Source: Trichosphaerium sp. ATCC 40318 (lineage: Eukaryota; Protista; Tubulinea). From it: 64,000 nt of DNA. Under the pieces are notes generated by a model that was not told the DNA's origin, searched no databases, and saw only the letters and a list, made by a program, of their open reading frames with translations. The position numbers and the translations under genes were made by a program. Positions 26,420 through 39,205 of the stretch are shown one piece after another. The DNA is taken from NCBI GenBank assembly GCA_038496445.1, contig JALMLS010000489.1, positions 62,001 to 126,000 on the forward strand, given 5' to 3'. Every line of letters begins with the position of its first letter. Position 1 is the stretch's first letter.

Positions 26420-26980
26420 TTACCTTTAATACTGTTTAGACATGTTCGTCCCCAGAACTACAATTATGTATACATTGGTGGAGTCAACTTGGCACTATAC
26501 CCAGGTTTGTCAAAATTAAAACCTATATTTACAACAAAGATGCATACGGGACGTAAAAGGGAAAATCTCATAAAAGTGAAAATCTGCAAATGAGAAGAGT
26601 TTTTTTTTTCACATTTTTCTTGCAGTTATTTTATGACAACAAACCTTGCGTGTAGACTTTGTGGAATATAATGTCGACAACAGGACATTTTTTGCATAAG
26701 AGCATAAAATTTTGAGTTTTCTAGGCGCCTAAAATCACTTAAACCCTTTTGTTGCGCTGAGAATTGGTACGATTGGCTGTTTTTCTGGACTTGCCAACCA
26801 AATCGCTTATGAAAATTCATAATTTTATGCTCTTGTACAAACTTTTCTTTTTGGCTAGCATTGGCTTCGCACCTATCTGTGGGCGTAAGGTATTCATTAC
26901 AAAAGTTCTTAGCCCCAAAATTAAAATGTCCCAGTTTCAAATGAAAATCGACATATTCGACCTAATCTTAGAGTAAGTAC
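26420..26980 (+). mobile_element. Internally deleted copy of the piggyBac element at about 30100-32740 (boundaries approximate)
   Basis: 26420-26770 matches 30100-30392 and 26770-26904 matches 32594-32739; junction ggtaCGAttggctg. Confidence 0.75.
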
Positions 26981-27701
26981 TAATACTTTGTACGAGTTAT
27001 TGAAAGCAAAATACACTGCTTCACCTGCATCAAGAAGCGTTTATTATGGTGCGATTTACATTACCAGTTAATAAACGCTACCATACTTTATTACCCTCGC
27101 TAGTACCACAACTATGCGCCACCTCACACTTTCACTACATTCACTATATTCATGTGATCAAAACCGCTAAAATATTCGGAGATTTAAACAACGGTATCGT
27201 CTTTAAAGTCAAAAGAGAGTGAGTCTATAATGTTACAAGTGAGATGTAGTACTCCGGTGAGTAGGTGAAGCCAATAATTTAATTCCTGAACGTAAAACCT
27301 GCAGTTTCTAATGTTTGTTGAAGTAGGGTTCATTCAGCGCCTCTTTTTGTTGAGATAAATACCCACATACAACCATCCGAGATTATGTGTGATATCCGCT
27401 AAAAAGTAGTACAAGTTTGTGCTACAAAGATTCTGGCCCGGGAATACAGCTTTTACAGGATGCTTACAAGCTTATGAATATTTTAGAAAACTACAACAAA
27501 CACTTATTTGTCTTCGGCCCAAACACAAAACACAAACGTGTTAACGTAGAGAGCAATTTGTTTCTCTTCAGAGGCCACAAAAGATCGCAAATAACTAGTT
27601 CCCGCTCACACTGATTCACATCAACAGCGCGTGTCAATCAAAGTCAAAATTAATCATAAAACAAACCAAATAACAACAACAGCAACAACAACAAGTTAAA
27701 T

Positions 27702-29644
27702 ATGAATAGCTGTACAATATTAATTGTACTATGCGCACGTACGTATTATCGCAACGATTTCTATGTCTATTTTCCGCTGTTCTTTTGTTTGTGGTACCGC
27801 GGAATTAACATTTATCTTTATAGTCTTTGTAATGGCATTTGCTGGGGAAAGACCTCCTGAATCTATTTGTGAGTCATGCACAAACTGCAATATCGAGCCC
27901 TGCTTTTATAAGGGTTACTATTGCTATCAAAGGTATATGGCTGGCGAGTGTTGGATGATAGGGTCCGACCATGTAGATAGAAACAGTACGTGTTGTTTTC
28001 TTTATGTTTATATTTTTTTTGTTGTTTTTTGCCCACATCAACACTCTTCATGTTCCTCAACTTCATGTTCCTCAAGTTTTTGAAGTAATTTATTTGTTGT
28101 TGCTTACACATTTATGCTAGTCGATATGGAAACCGATTTAACATATCCTTGTCTTATTATCACTCCCGGTGTTCAATTTTACAGCAGCATTACCGGAACA
28201 AAGGAGGATGACTGTCTCATCACCCTTGGGTATGGCGCTACTATTCATTCACAAGTGGATCTAAAAGGAGGAGATGACTTTGTCGGTATGTTTCCTCATA
28301 GTTACCACGAAGGAGACATGGTAATGGGTAAGTACTGCTTTTGTTTTACTTTTTTTTTTTGAACACAGGATAACCTTTTGATACAGGAAGTGGCGATGAT
28401 TGTCACATTGGTGTTGGGCATCACACACCTGATATAAATACAGGATCTGGAAATGATGTTATTTTTTCTTTTATGCGTTATGCAGAGTAAGTATTTGTTG
28501 TTCGTCATAAACCAAGTAATTGGTTGTGCTAATATTTACCTTTAAGGTATGAAGATTTCCGTATGGGAAGTGGCGATGATTGTTTACTATTTAATATTAG
28601 TCCCGAACTCTTTGCAGCCCCAAGTAAGAAGAAGAGAGATGGAAGTATGACATTAAGTGACTTGGGCACTAGTACGTTATTTGGTTTTTTTTTTGTTTGT
28701 TAGCGCATTTAATCAACGCGATTATTTATTTTCTTCACGTACTTAAGACATTTCATAGTTGTTCAAGATAATTCACCAATGGATAGTTATTTCAGAATGC
28801 TGGTTCAAGAAGGACAACATTATCAACCAGGCAGTAAACGAGCACAGGAACTTGCAACTAAATATAATTTTACAATACCTGAGAAACGTTCCACTGAGGG
28901 CCCTAAGGGACCTGTTTATCCTATTGGTGAAGTTCTTCTTCAAGCCGGAAATGACTGTGCAGTGTATACAGAGATGGGCATTTCAGGGCAAACAAAAGGT
29001 ATGTTTCGCACATACGTTTATTTTGATAGTATTTTAATAATAATTCTTAATTTTTTCTTATTGAACTATTTATTGTTTTTACAACATGAAAACACTGTTG
29101 TCTGACACTCAGAATCGTTTTTGATTTTCGCTCGAAAAAATTAAACCCTGTTCACTCTATTTATGTGATATTAAAGAAATGTCTAGGGGGAGCTGGAGAT
29201 GATTGTATTTTGGCACAATACTTTGATTTGGGTGATGACATCATTGCTGGGTCAGGTGATGATGTTATAGATATTATGTTCTGGAGTAGTATTGACAACG
29301 ATAATTTACGTTTCCTTGGTGGCTCAGGAGATGATTATATCTCTGTTCGTCTAGGTGACGAACCATCACCTAATCGTCGCCACGAGATTAACGGAGGACG
29401 TGATACAGATTTTTGCTGTAGCAGATATTTCGAACTGCCAACATCAACGCCAGACCCAACCTCAACACCAGACCCAACCTCAACACCAGACCCAACATCA
29501 ACGCCAGACCCAACCTCAACACCAGACCCAACACAGTCAACCCGAAAACGTAAGAGACAAGAAGGATATGGTGGACCTCCAATGGCTGTTGATATCATAA
29601 GAGCATGTGAAGAGTGTTGTACTATGCCTTTGTCGCCTCCTTGA
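27702..29644 (+). CDS. Secreted GxGDD beta-roll-like proprotein, copy 2
   Basis: Same exon structure and motifs as copy 1. Confidence 0.75.
29441..29530 (+). repeat. 18-bp coding minisatellite (TSTPDP)x5
   Basis: Same unit as 25703-25846. Confidence 0.95.
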
Positions 29645-30099
29645 TTCTATTGTTTTTTGGGTTTTTCTTTGACTTGCTTTACAGACTTGTTTCAAGTCAA
29701 GACAAAGAAAAAAAGCAAATGCCTAACAGCATAAACAAAATATGTAAATAAAACGTTTTACATTACAACAAAGCTGCCTGGATTCAAGTACTTCATTCAT
29801 TTTTTTTTTCTGTACACATCTTGCTCTGTATCTGAACTGTTTGTATTTTTGATTACTAAATCAGATAATGTGCAATACATACGGACTTTGTAGTGGTCAC
29901 TTTGCTCACCTTCAATTGCCCTTTACCAGCATGTAAGTATTCGCTACAAGTACTGATGATTTCTTTGTTTTTGGGGATCAAGGTATTTGAAATTCTGTTG
30001 GACAATCTCTATCAGAAACTGAATAAAACTCAGTGAAGTTCAACCCAGTAACATGGTAAAAATAGTGAAACAATTTTGAATGAAATACACACAAAGGTT

Positions 30100-32740
30100 T
30101 ACCTTTAATACTGTTCATTACGTATACATTGATGGAGTCAACTTGGCACTATAACCAAGTTTGTCAAAATTAAAACCTATATTTACAACAAAGATGCAGA
30201 CGGGACGTAAAAGTGAAAATCTGCAAATGAGAAGAGTTTTTTTTTTCTCATTTTTAAGCAGTTATTTTATGACAACAAACCTATCATGTCGACAAAAGGA
30301 CATTTTTTGGACAAGAGCATAAAATTTTGAGTTTTCTAGGCGCCTGCAATCACTTGTGCTGCAACCCTTTTGTTGTGCTAAGAATTGGTACGAATGCTTC
30401 CCAGTGTTGTCAAAATTAGGCTTCCCACAAGTAATATGGCAGTATCTCTTTCTACACCGAACAACGGAAATATCCGTTTTTTTAAAGATACAACTGTAAA
30501 AAATAAAAATTGTGACTTACCAGCGCTGAGTTGAACTCCATTGATGCAGCAGTAGTATGTAACACTAGCAAAGACGTTTGTAGAGCATACATTCAGAATT
30601 TGAGCTTCCGTTTAAAGAAAATTTTTTTGACGGACCTTAACCAAAAAGTCCACAAATCATCAAATGGAGCATGGAAACAGCACCTCCAGTAACACTACGG
30701 GCCCCTCCTTTGCTAGTTCAAGTGATGAAGAAGAAACAGAGAAAATTCCAATACAGTTTGAAAACACAAATCAAGTACTTATATAACGCTTTTTACGCAC
30801 AAAAACGTAACTGAAGGAGTTTTAGGAGATTTCAGAAGAAAAAAAGTTCAAATACAAAAAACCAGGTCGGAAAGAGCGTAGCCATGTGTTGATTGATAAA
30901 GCATCCGGATTGAAGCCTTTGGATATGTTTTTGAGTTTTGTCAGTGAGTGGTATTGGAAAAAAATTGTTGTAGCCACCAATAATTATGCAAAAAAAAAGG
31001 TACACGCAACTTTGGAGTTTCACTAACACTAGTAGAAAGGAGTACAACTAGACTTGACACTGAAAGAACTAATGAGGTGGTTGGCAGCATCTATAATACT
31101 TGGTGCACATAGGATGGGTCCTAGAAAAGCATGGCAAACAAACACTTGTTACGATATGCCAAAATTAAGACAGATCATGATTCGAAACCGCTATGAAGAT
31201 ATTGCACATTGCTTACATTTACCTACCACTGGAACTAGTGACGCTGATCCATACCAAAAGATTAGAACTCTTGTTGATACATTTAGACATCAATGCATCA
31301 ACAACTATCTACCACATGAAAAACTGGCATTAGACGAAGCCACTCCAGGATATGCAGGGAGAACAAAGCTGATTAAAAGAACCAAACATAAAAAGGTATC
31401 TTCCGGCTTTGACATTAAATGCGTGGTAGACTCTGAATCCAAGTACCTTGTTAATTTTTTGTTAAACAAAGAACCACATGTGTCTATTCAAGGGTTGACT
31501 CCAACAGCAAACAAAGCATATCACCTTATTTCACAGCTTAAACAACACAGTCATGAAATTTTTATGGATAATCTGTATATGCGTCCTAGTTTAGCAGTAG
31601 CTGCCTATCAAATTGGACAATATTGCACAGGTACATGGAGGAAAAATTATGGTGTACCAAAAGAGATTTATCGTACCAAAGAAAAAGGCAAAGAAGCCAA
31701 AGCAAAAGCAAGAGAAGTTATTCTATACAGTGCTGAACCATTAGATAATGTAACATTCATGGTTGGTCTTGGTCTTTATGACAAGCGCCCATTTTATTTT
31801 TTAACAACAGCATCATACGAGTTTGAAGAAGTTATTGGAGGCACACGACAAAAACTTAAACTTGATTGTATCCATGCTTACAACAACTACATGAATGGAG
31901 TAGATGTTTTTGATCAATACATGCAAGTAAGTGTTTACAGGCCAAGTGTTAAATGGTGGAAGCGCTTGTATGCTTGGATAATTGATGCTGCCATCATCAA
32001 TTCATTCATTTTATACAAAAGTTGCCGTCGGAATACTACCAAGTTGTCTGATTTTAAAACAACACTAGTTGATGAATTACTACAAAGGTACACATCTTTA
32101 CTAGTTGATCAATTAATCAGTGTAGATTTGCGGAGTCTGATACTGATGAAGACAGCACACCAATAGTCAGTTTGAAAAAAAAAAAATATAAAACTACTAC
32201 AAGTTTACCTGATTCTCGTCTAACTGCACAACGCCACTTTCCTTCCAAAAACACTTGTAGATTGTGCATTGTGTGTAAATTAACCAAAGAAAAGGCTAAA
32301 GAAACACAATATTATTGTAAAAGCTGTAATGTGCCTCTGTGTGCTGCTCCATGTTTTATGTTGTTTCATACAAAAAAACATTGCAAATAAAAAATTTTTC
32401 CTATCATGACTATGTGCACAACTGAATTGTAGGTCAGCACTGCCTAACAGCATGTGTTTATACATCAGGGTACCTTTCATCCATTTTTTTGCAATTGGTG
32501 TTGTTAAATTTCAATTTTCAAAAAAACGGATATATCCGTTTTTTACTCAGGGCAAGAAAGAGATAGTACCCCTCCGCTTTTTTGTTATGAGTGCGATTGG
32601 CTGTTTTTCTGGATTTGACAACCAAATCGCTCCTATGAAAATCTCTTCCTTGCATAATTTTATGCTCTTGTACAAACTTTTCTTTTTGGCTAGCATTGGC
32701 TTCGCACCTATCTGTGGGCGTAAGGTATTCATTACAAAAC
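30100..32740 (+). mobile_element. piggyBac-superfamily element (ends not resolved; right end appears truncated)
   Basis: Contains the transposase; flanks are shared with the deleted copy at 26420-26980; no clean TTAA/TIR pair found. Confidence 0.7.
30664..32390 (+). CDS. piggyBac transposase, 4 exons (30664-30774, 30826-30999, 31036-32087, 32126-32390), 533 aa
   Basis: PLDMF...IVVATNNYA, RNRYEDIAHCLH, ALDEA, FMDNLY, YNNYMNGVDVFDQ, KWWKR and a C-terminal CIVC...C..C.VPLC..PCF..FH domain; three GT-AG introns restore one frame. Confidence 0.9.
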
Positions 32741-33914
32741 CGCTAAACTTCTGATAAATTAAATAATTTTTTGAAGTTCATAAAGGTTTTGAACCACTAA
32801 ACTACAGCCTCATAAAATATCTCCCGTTCACGTTCAGCAGAGAAGCAGTGGGTGATATAAAATAGCGTAAACAATTAGAAAGCCTTGGAGATTTATGAAC
32901 TCTACAAAAGTAGGTTACGCTGCTCGTTGTACTACCTACCTGTAATGATATAAATTAATACGAATTTTTTCATTTCTGTCCTTGATATATCTTCGGGTAA
33001 CTACATTGTATCACAATCATGGAAGGGCTGCTAAGCTCACATTCATATTGTCGGAGTTAGCAACAAGTTACAGAAGTGTTTGGTATGTACGATGGACCGA
33101 CAGAACTGAGAAGAAATGACATATCTGTAATTTTGTGAGTTAATTACAAAAACTTCAGCCGAAGTTTTCTTCTGACGAAACAGCATTTTTTACTCTCCTA
33201 TTTCTCACACTTGCTTGCGACGAGAATATGTAGATGAACGATAAAGTTTTCTAAAAATACTGTCTCTCATCACGTTCGCTACATTCGCTACACTATACAA
33301 TATGCTCACGTGATTAAAACGTGGTTAAACGGTACAAAACGAAAATCTAACTTAAAAGGCACGAAAAAGCGAGTTTGATGTTTTAGGTTAGGTATGGGTT
33401 CCGTGCGTATATATACGCAACCAATAGAGTGATAATTCAATTCATGAACGAAACCTGTAGTTTCTAATTTGTTCAAGGGTTTCTTTTAGCGCCTACTTCT
33501 AGTTTCAGATCAAAAGATCCTGTTAACGCGCAAGAAAAAACATCCGAGATTATGCGTGATATCCCGTGATGAAGTAGTGCAATTTCTGCTGAAAATATGC
33601 GACGTAGGAAAGCGAAGTATCTCTAAAGTGTATGAGTTTCTTGTCGGGGTTGTTCGGGTTGTTCACAATTACAAGGTTGTGAATAATAAAGAAAACTACA
33701 ACACAGTATTTGGACCGCCCAACAAACACACAAACGTGTGCTAAAAAACACAGCAGTTTTTTTCCTCTTCACAGACCACCAAAGATTGCCCGCAAACAAC
33801 TATTTCCCCGAAATCACACAACGGTTCACATCAATAGCGTCAATCGTGGTCAAATCAAATTTCATAAAACAAAACAAACCAAATAACAACAACAGCAACA
33901 ACAACAAGTTAAAT

Positions 33915-35804
33915 ATGAATAGCTGTACAATATTAATTGTACTATGTACACGTACGTTTTATACCATATTGCTTCTAGATTTTCCTGTTGTGTACCGGAG
34001 AAATAATATTTGTATTTATAGTTTTTGTAATGGCATTTGCTGGGCTAATGCCTCCTCCTCCTCCGCGTGGACCACCTACACCTGAGATTTGTGAGACATG
34101 CATGAACTGCAATATCGGGACCTGCTATAATACCGGAATGGCTTGCCATGAAAAGGTAATGAACTACGAGTGTTGGAGGATAGGAAAAGACCATGTAGAT
34201 AGAAACAGTGCGTGTTGTTTTCTTTATGTTTATATTTTTTTTGTTGTTTTTTGCCCACATCAACACTCTTCATGTTCCTCAACTTCATGTTCCTCAAGTT
34301 TTTGAAGTAATTTATTTGTTGTTGCTTACACATGTATGCTAGTCGATTTGGCTGATTTTTCAGAGCCTTGTCTTTTTCTAGAACCCGGTGTTCAATTTTT
34401 CGGCCGCATTACTGGAACGAAGTACGATGACTGTCTCATCCTTGGGTATGGAGCTGAGCTTCATTCGCAAGTAGATCTAAAACAAGGAAATGACTTTGTC
34501 GGTATGTTTCCTGGTAGTTTGCACACAGGAGACATGGTAATGGGTAAGTACTGCTTTTGTTTTGCTTTTTTTTTTCGAACACAGGATAACCTTTTAATAC
34601 AGGAAGTGGTGATGATTGTCACATTGGTGTTGGGCATCGCACACCTGATACAAATGCAGGATCTGGAAATGATGTTATTTTTTCTTTTATGCGTAAAACA
34701 GAGTAAGTATTTTTGTTGTTCGTCATAAACCAAGTTGTGTTAATATTTAACCTCTTTTTTAGTAGTGAAGAATTCCGTATGGGAAGTGGCGATGATTGTT
34801 TACTATTTAATGTTCCTCCCGAACAATCTGCAGCCCCAAGTAAGAAGAAGAGAGATGGAAGTATGACATTAAGTGACTTGGGCACTAGTACGTTATTTGG
34901 TTTTTTTTTTGTTTGTGCTTTTCATAGAGCAGTTTAACAACGCGTTTTCTTTATTCTTCACGTACTCAGACACCTTTTGCAGTTAATCAAGACGATTCCC
35001 CAGCGGACAATTATTTCAGGATGCTGGTTCAAGAAGGACAAGATATGCAGTCAGGCAGTAAACGAGCACAGGAACTTGCAATTAAATATAATTTAACAAA
35101 ACATGCTGAGAAACGTTCCACTGAGGGCGTCGTCGAAAAGGGCGGCAAGGACAAGCTCCCTACTTCTCCTATTGGTGACGTTTTTCTTAATGCCGGAAAT
35201 GATTGTGTATTATATTCGCGAATGGGCGTTGGAGGACAAACAAGAGGTATGTTCGCACATTCTTAATATTGTCTTATTTTGAATTTACACAAGCAAAAAA
35301 AAAACACTTCCCTTTTGTTAATCTTTTCTTACGAAAATGTTTACTCCAAATTTAAATAGAGTCTGTTTACTCAATCATGTGACACTTGATTTAAAAAAAT
35401 GTTTAGCGGCAGCTGGAGATGATTGTGTTATGGGATTTAGATTTGGTTTGGGTGATGACATCATTGCTGGGTCAGGTGATGATGTTGTAGATATTATGTT
35501 CTGGAATAGTATTGACAACGATAATATACGTTTCCTTGGTGGCTTAGGAGATGATTCTGTTTCTGTTCGTCTAGGTGACGAACCATCACCTAGTCGTCGC
35601 CACGAGATTAACGGAGGAAGTGGTACAGATTTTTGCTGTAGCAGATTTTTCCCACCACCAAAGCCAACTGGAACACCAGACCCAACACAGCCAACCCGAA
35701 AACGTAAGAGACAAGAAGGATATGGTGGTCCTCCAATGGCTGTTGATATCATAAGAGCATGTGAAGAGCAGTGTACTATGCCTTTGCCTACATCTGGTCC
35801 TTGA
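33915..35804 (+). CDS. Secreted GxGDD beta-roll-like proprotein, copy 3 (Pro-rich N-terminus, single TPDP unit)
   Basis: Same exon structure; MPPPPPRGPPTPE after the signal peptide. Confidence 0.75.
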
Positions 35805-36049
35805 TTCTATTGTTTTTTGGTTTTCTCTTACTGAAACAAAAAAAACCCAGCAAACTAACAGATAAACAAAATATGCAAATAAACGTTAATTTTACATTAC
35901 ATCTTAATTCAAATACTCATTTCAATCTTGTTTTTTTTTCTTACTTACTGCACATGGTATCTCTGATTTTAATTAATAATAAAACGTACCAGCATTTAGA
36001 TACGGAGCAAGGTGAACATTAAAAAAATGATAAATGATATAATACCACT

Positions 36050-36125
36050 CCGTAATTTTCGTGGCAGCGGCCAAAATCTCATATAAAATCCTATGATAAT
36101 TGGTTATCTGCCACGAAATTCACGG
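36050..36125. repeat. Short inverted repeat / hairpin (possible mini-MITE)
   Basis: ccgtaattttcgtggcag ... ctgccacgaaattcacgg. Confidence 0.6.
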
Positions 36126-36462
36126 CCCTCCCTACTAAACACACTGCAACATACTTAAAACGCTGAGTTATGCTTATTTACTACGTTGCACAAATTTAAT
36201 CATCGTGTATGTAGGCTTTTTTTATCAACAAAGGAATCAACAGAGAAGAAGCACAAGACACCCAAAAAAGCAACCAATTGTTAACATTATTTTCATCTAC
36301 TACTACTAGTAATTCCATGGTAAACGCGGTGTAGTTGTTTGTGATGATTTATAAGAACTCAATGGCCGATACAAACTTATAGTGGTCACATTACCTCGGA
36401 TGTTAAGAATTGCTCTTTAACAGTAGTAGAAGTTAGTCGATTTTTCAGCGAATATTTCTTCT

Positions 36463-37946
36463 TTATTTTTGGGGTGGGAACGGATCGAATTGAGGCTGTA
36501 TTTGAATTTCTTTAGGACAAGCTCTATCAGGAAACTAAACAACAAAATCAGAATGAAGTTCAACCCAGTTACATGAAAAAATTTTGACTTAAATAACAAG
36601 GTTACCTTGAACAACATGAGAACTGTGTCTGCAATATCCTCCGGTTTTAACATTTTAGACCTATCTCCAGTATCCAGTGGATCTACCATTGATGTATTTG
36701 TCCATCCAGGACATACACGACATACTTTAATACCATGAGGGCGAAGAGTCTGCCAAAGGCACTCTACAAAAAAATTACACAAAACACCAAACAAAAAAAA
36801 AGTAATCAGGCTTCTCTACTCCCATGAGCAAACAATTTCGCCACACGCAAGTTATTCAACATTTCAAAAAATTAGCAATGACAGAGTTGAATTATACCTG
36901 CAAATGAATCTATTCCATGTTTACTTGCGCAGTCTAAATGATAAGTTATTTCAAGGTTTTTTCAGAAAAAAAAAGAAGAGTTTGATTGATTGAAAACCGT
37001 ACAAGGAGCAAGCCATCCAAAATCTGATTTCGCTGATATTGACGTAATAAAAATAATAAATTTGACACCAAGAGTCATTTGAATAATAGGTGCAGCAAGT
37101 TTAGATAAATGCATTGGACCTAAACAAAGCAATCAAAAAAAAAAAAAAGAGACTAAAAAAATAAAAAGTAGTTATTGTCAAACACAAGTAAGTTTTGAGT
37201 AGTATGCGCTTAACCAGATATAGAATATATCTGCTACTTTATAATGACAAGTTCACAGAAGCAAACATGATGGAGAGGGCAAAATATGTACAGATGAAGA
37301 TTAAATGTTTCATAAAAATGACGTCTGTGGTCATACATACCTACTAGGTTTACATTTACTGTTTCAACCCATGCTGAAAAGGGTTGTTGCACAACAGCAG
37401 CCCTACCAGCTTGATAACAGTTAGCACCAAAGAAATTAAGAACGCTCATTTAAGCGTTTGTAAGCCGTTTTCTGGTTTTATGGCCTCTTCCACGCTGTTG
37501 TATAACGTACCGTTGTTAACTAGGATATTTAGAGTTCCATAGGAGGTCAAACAAGTCTGAATACAGTTTTCAACGTCTGCCTCTTTTTGTATGTCTGTGA
37601 TACAGTATTTAGCTTCCACATTATGTTTTTCACACTCAATGCATGTTTCTTTGAGTCCCTTGGAAGCATTTAGTGCCAATACAACTATCGATCCGGTACT
37701 TGTTCGCCACGTGCTGCAACAAGTATTTTACAGCCCTCTCTAGCAAGTGCGATGGCAATTGCGCGTCCAATACCTTTAATACGTTAAATTGTGTATTTAT
37801 GATGATGTAAAACGTGTAAATACCTCCACTACCGCCTGTAATTAGCGCGACGTTTCCTTCAAGCGAGCGTTTCGTTTTCGAAGGCTAAAAATACGGTTAC
37901 AAACTGCTAACGATCTCAAACGAAGAAATATGGTTACCTCAGACAT
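36463..37946 (-). CDS. Short-chain dehydrogenase/reductase
   Basis: VALITGGSG|GIGRAIA, ILVNN, VNVNLVG, CASKHGI (YxxxK region split by an intron), VCPGWTNTSM, PEDIADTV. Confidence 0.9.
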
Positions 37947-38005
37947 ATTTAGTGAACTGAACAGCAAGAAATGGAAATAGTAACTTAATCAAACAGTCTA
38001 CAACG

Positions 38006-38908
38006 ATGTTAGCTCAAAAGGCTCTCTATCGCTCTACACAACGTATTAGTGCGCGCTCGTATGGCGCTGTCTCAACTGTCAAGAAAAAATTAACAGGAGA
38101 CGATGGTATGCTGTTTTGTTGTTATGAATGCTTACAATGAGTAGTGAGAAGGCTTCACAAGCGATTTAGAATGGCTGTACTTCCGGTTGTAATATTTGAT
38201 GGTAAACGGCTAAACTACGCTTCTTTATCAATAACACAGTCAAGGGAAGTGTGAATTATGCGATTTTAGCGTCCAATACATTATTAAACGGTAAACTCAC
38301 TCCATTTTTCAACAAACCTTATTTAACGTTAGAGATCCGCTTGCAAAATTTACTTTCGTTCAATGGCAGTCTGATTTAGGCCAAGAACTTGTTAAAAAAC
38401 TTGGCATTGTTGAAGACGATAAAGCCCACATTGTTGGTGACTCTGTTGTTCTTATAGATGACTCTGGTGAGTATTTTGAGAAGAGTGATGCTGCAATAAA
38501 GTACGTCTTTGATGTTAACATCACGTGGTCTATCCACTAAGCGTTTTATTTTTAGAATAGGACAAAAGTTAGAATCACCTGTACCGGATATTGCTTATGT
38601 TCTGAGTTTTTTTCCCAAGTTCCTACGTGACTTGGTGTATATACATATTGCTAGTAACAGATATAGGTATGTATTTTAGTGATTTTTTCAATGTTGTGAC
38701 ATTTTGTGATAAGATACTTCGGTGTAAAAGAAGAATGCATGATTCCAACAAATGATGTAAAAAAACGATTTTTAGGAAAACCACCAAAAATCAAATCTTC
38801 ACGGAATCAAGGAGGCCTTGGTACATGTTTCAAATGCATACATGAATTGTGTTAATAGTTTTTTTAGATGGAGAAGCTAAAAAGTTTCAGTCAGAGTCAG
38901 TTCAATAG
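38006..38908 (+). CDS. DCC1-like (DUF393) thiol-disulfide oxidoreductase with a mitochondrial-type presequence
   Basis: VIFD|GKCELC, KSDAAI, PKFLRDLVYIHIASNRY|RYFG...C..P; R/S-rich N-terminus. Confidence 0.85.
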
Positions 38909-39205
38909 CTGTTTTCAAAGTGTAAAAAAGGAGTGAAAAAAAAAAAGTTGACAGGAAGATAATAAACGTGCCAATTGACCAACTACTCTGTATTCTTTAT
39001 TGCGCTCATATCTTACTGAAGCGGATGTATAATAGAGTCTTAGTTGAACTAAATGGCGCATTGACATTAGTCAATACGTTGAGAAAAGCGTTTGGCACTC
39101 AAAATCTTCTCAAAATGTTTTGTGTAACCCAATTTTATTGTACCGCGCGGCATTATTGAACGATAAATACACCAAGAGTTTCTAGGAGTGGAATAGTCAA
39201 TCGTA

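Noticed and set aside
26420-26980. Defined piggyBac TIRs and TTAA TSD
   Set aside because: No convincing inverted match between candidate ends
32088-32172. Frameshift or pseudogenisation of the transposase
   Set aside because: A 38-nt GT-AG intron restores the frame exactly
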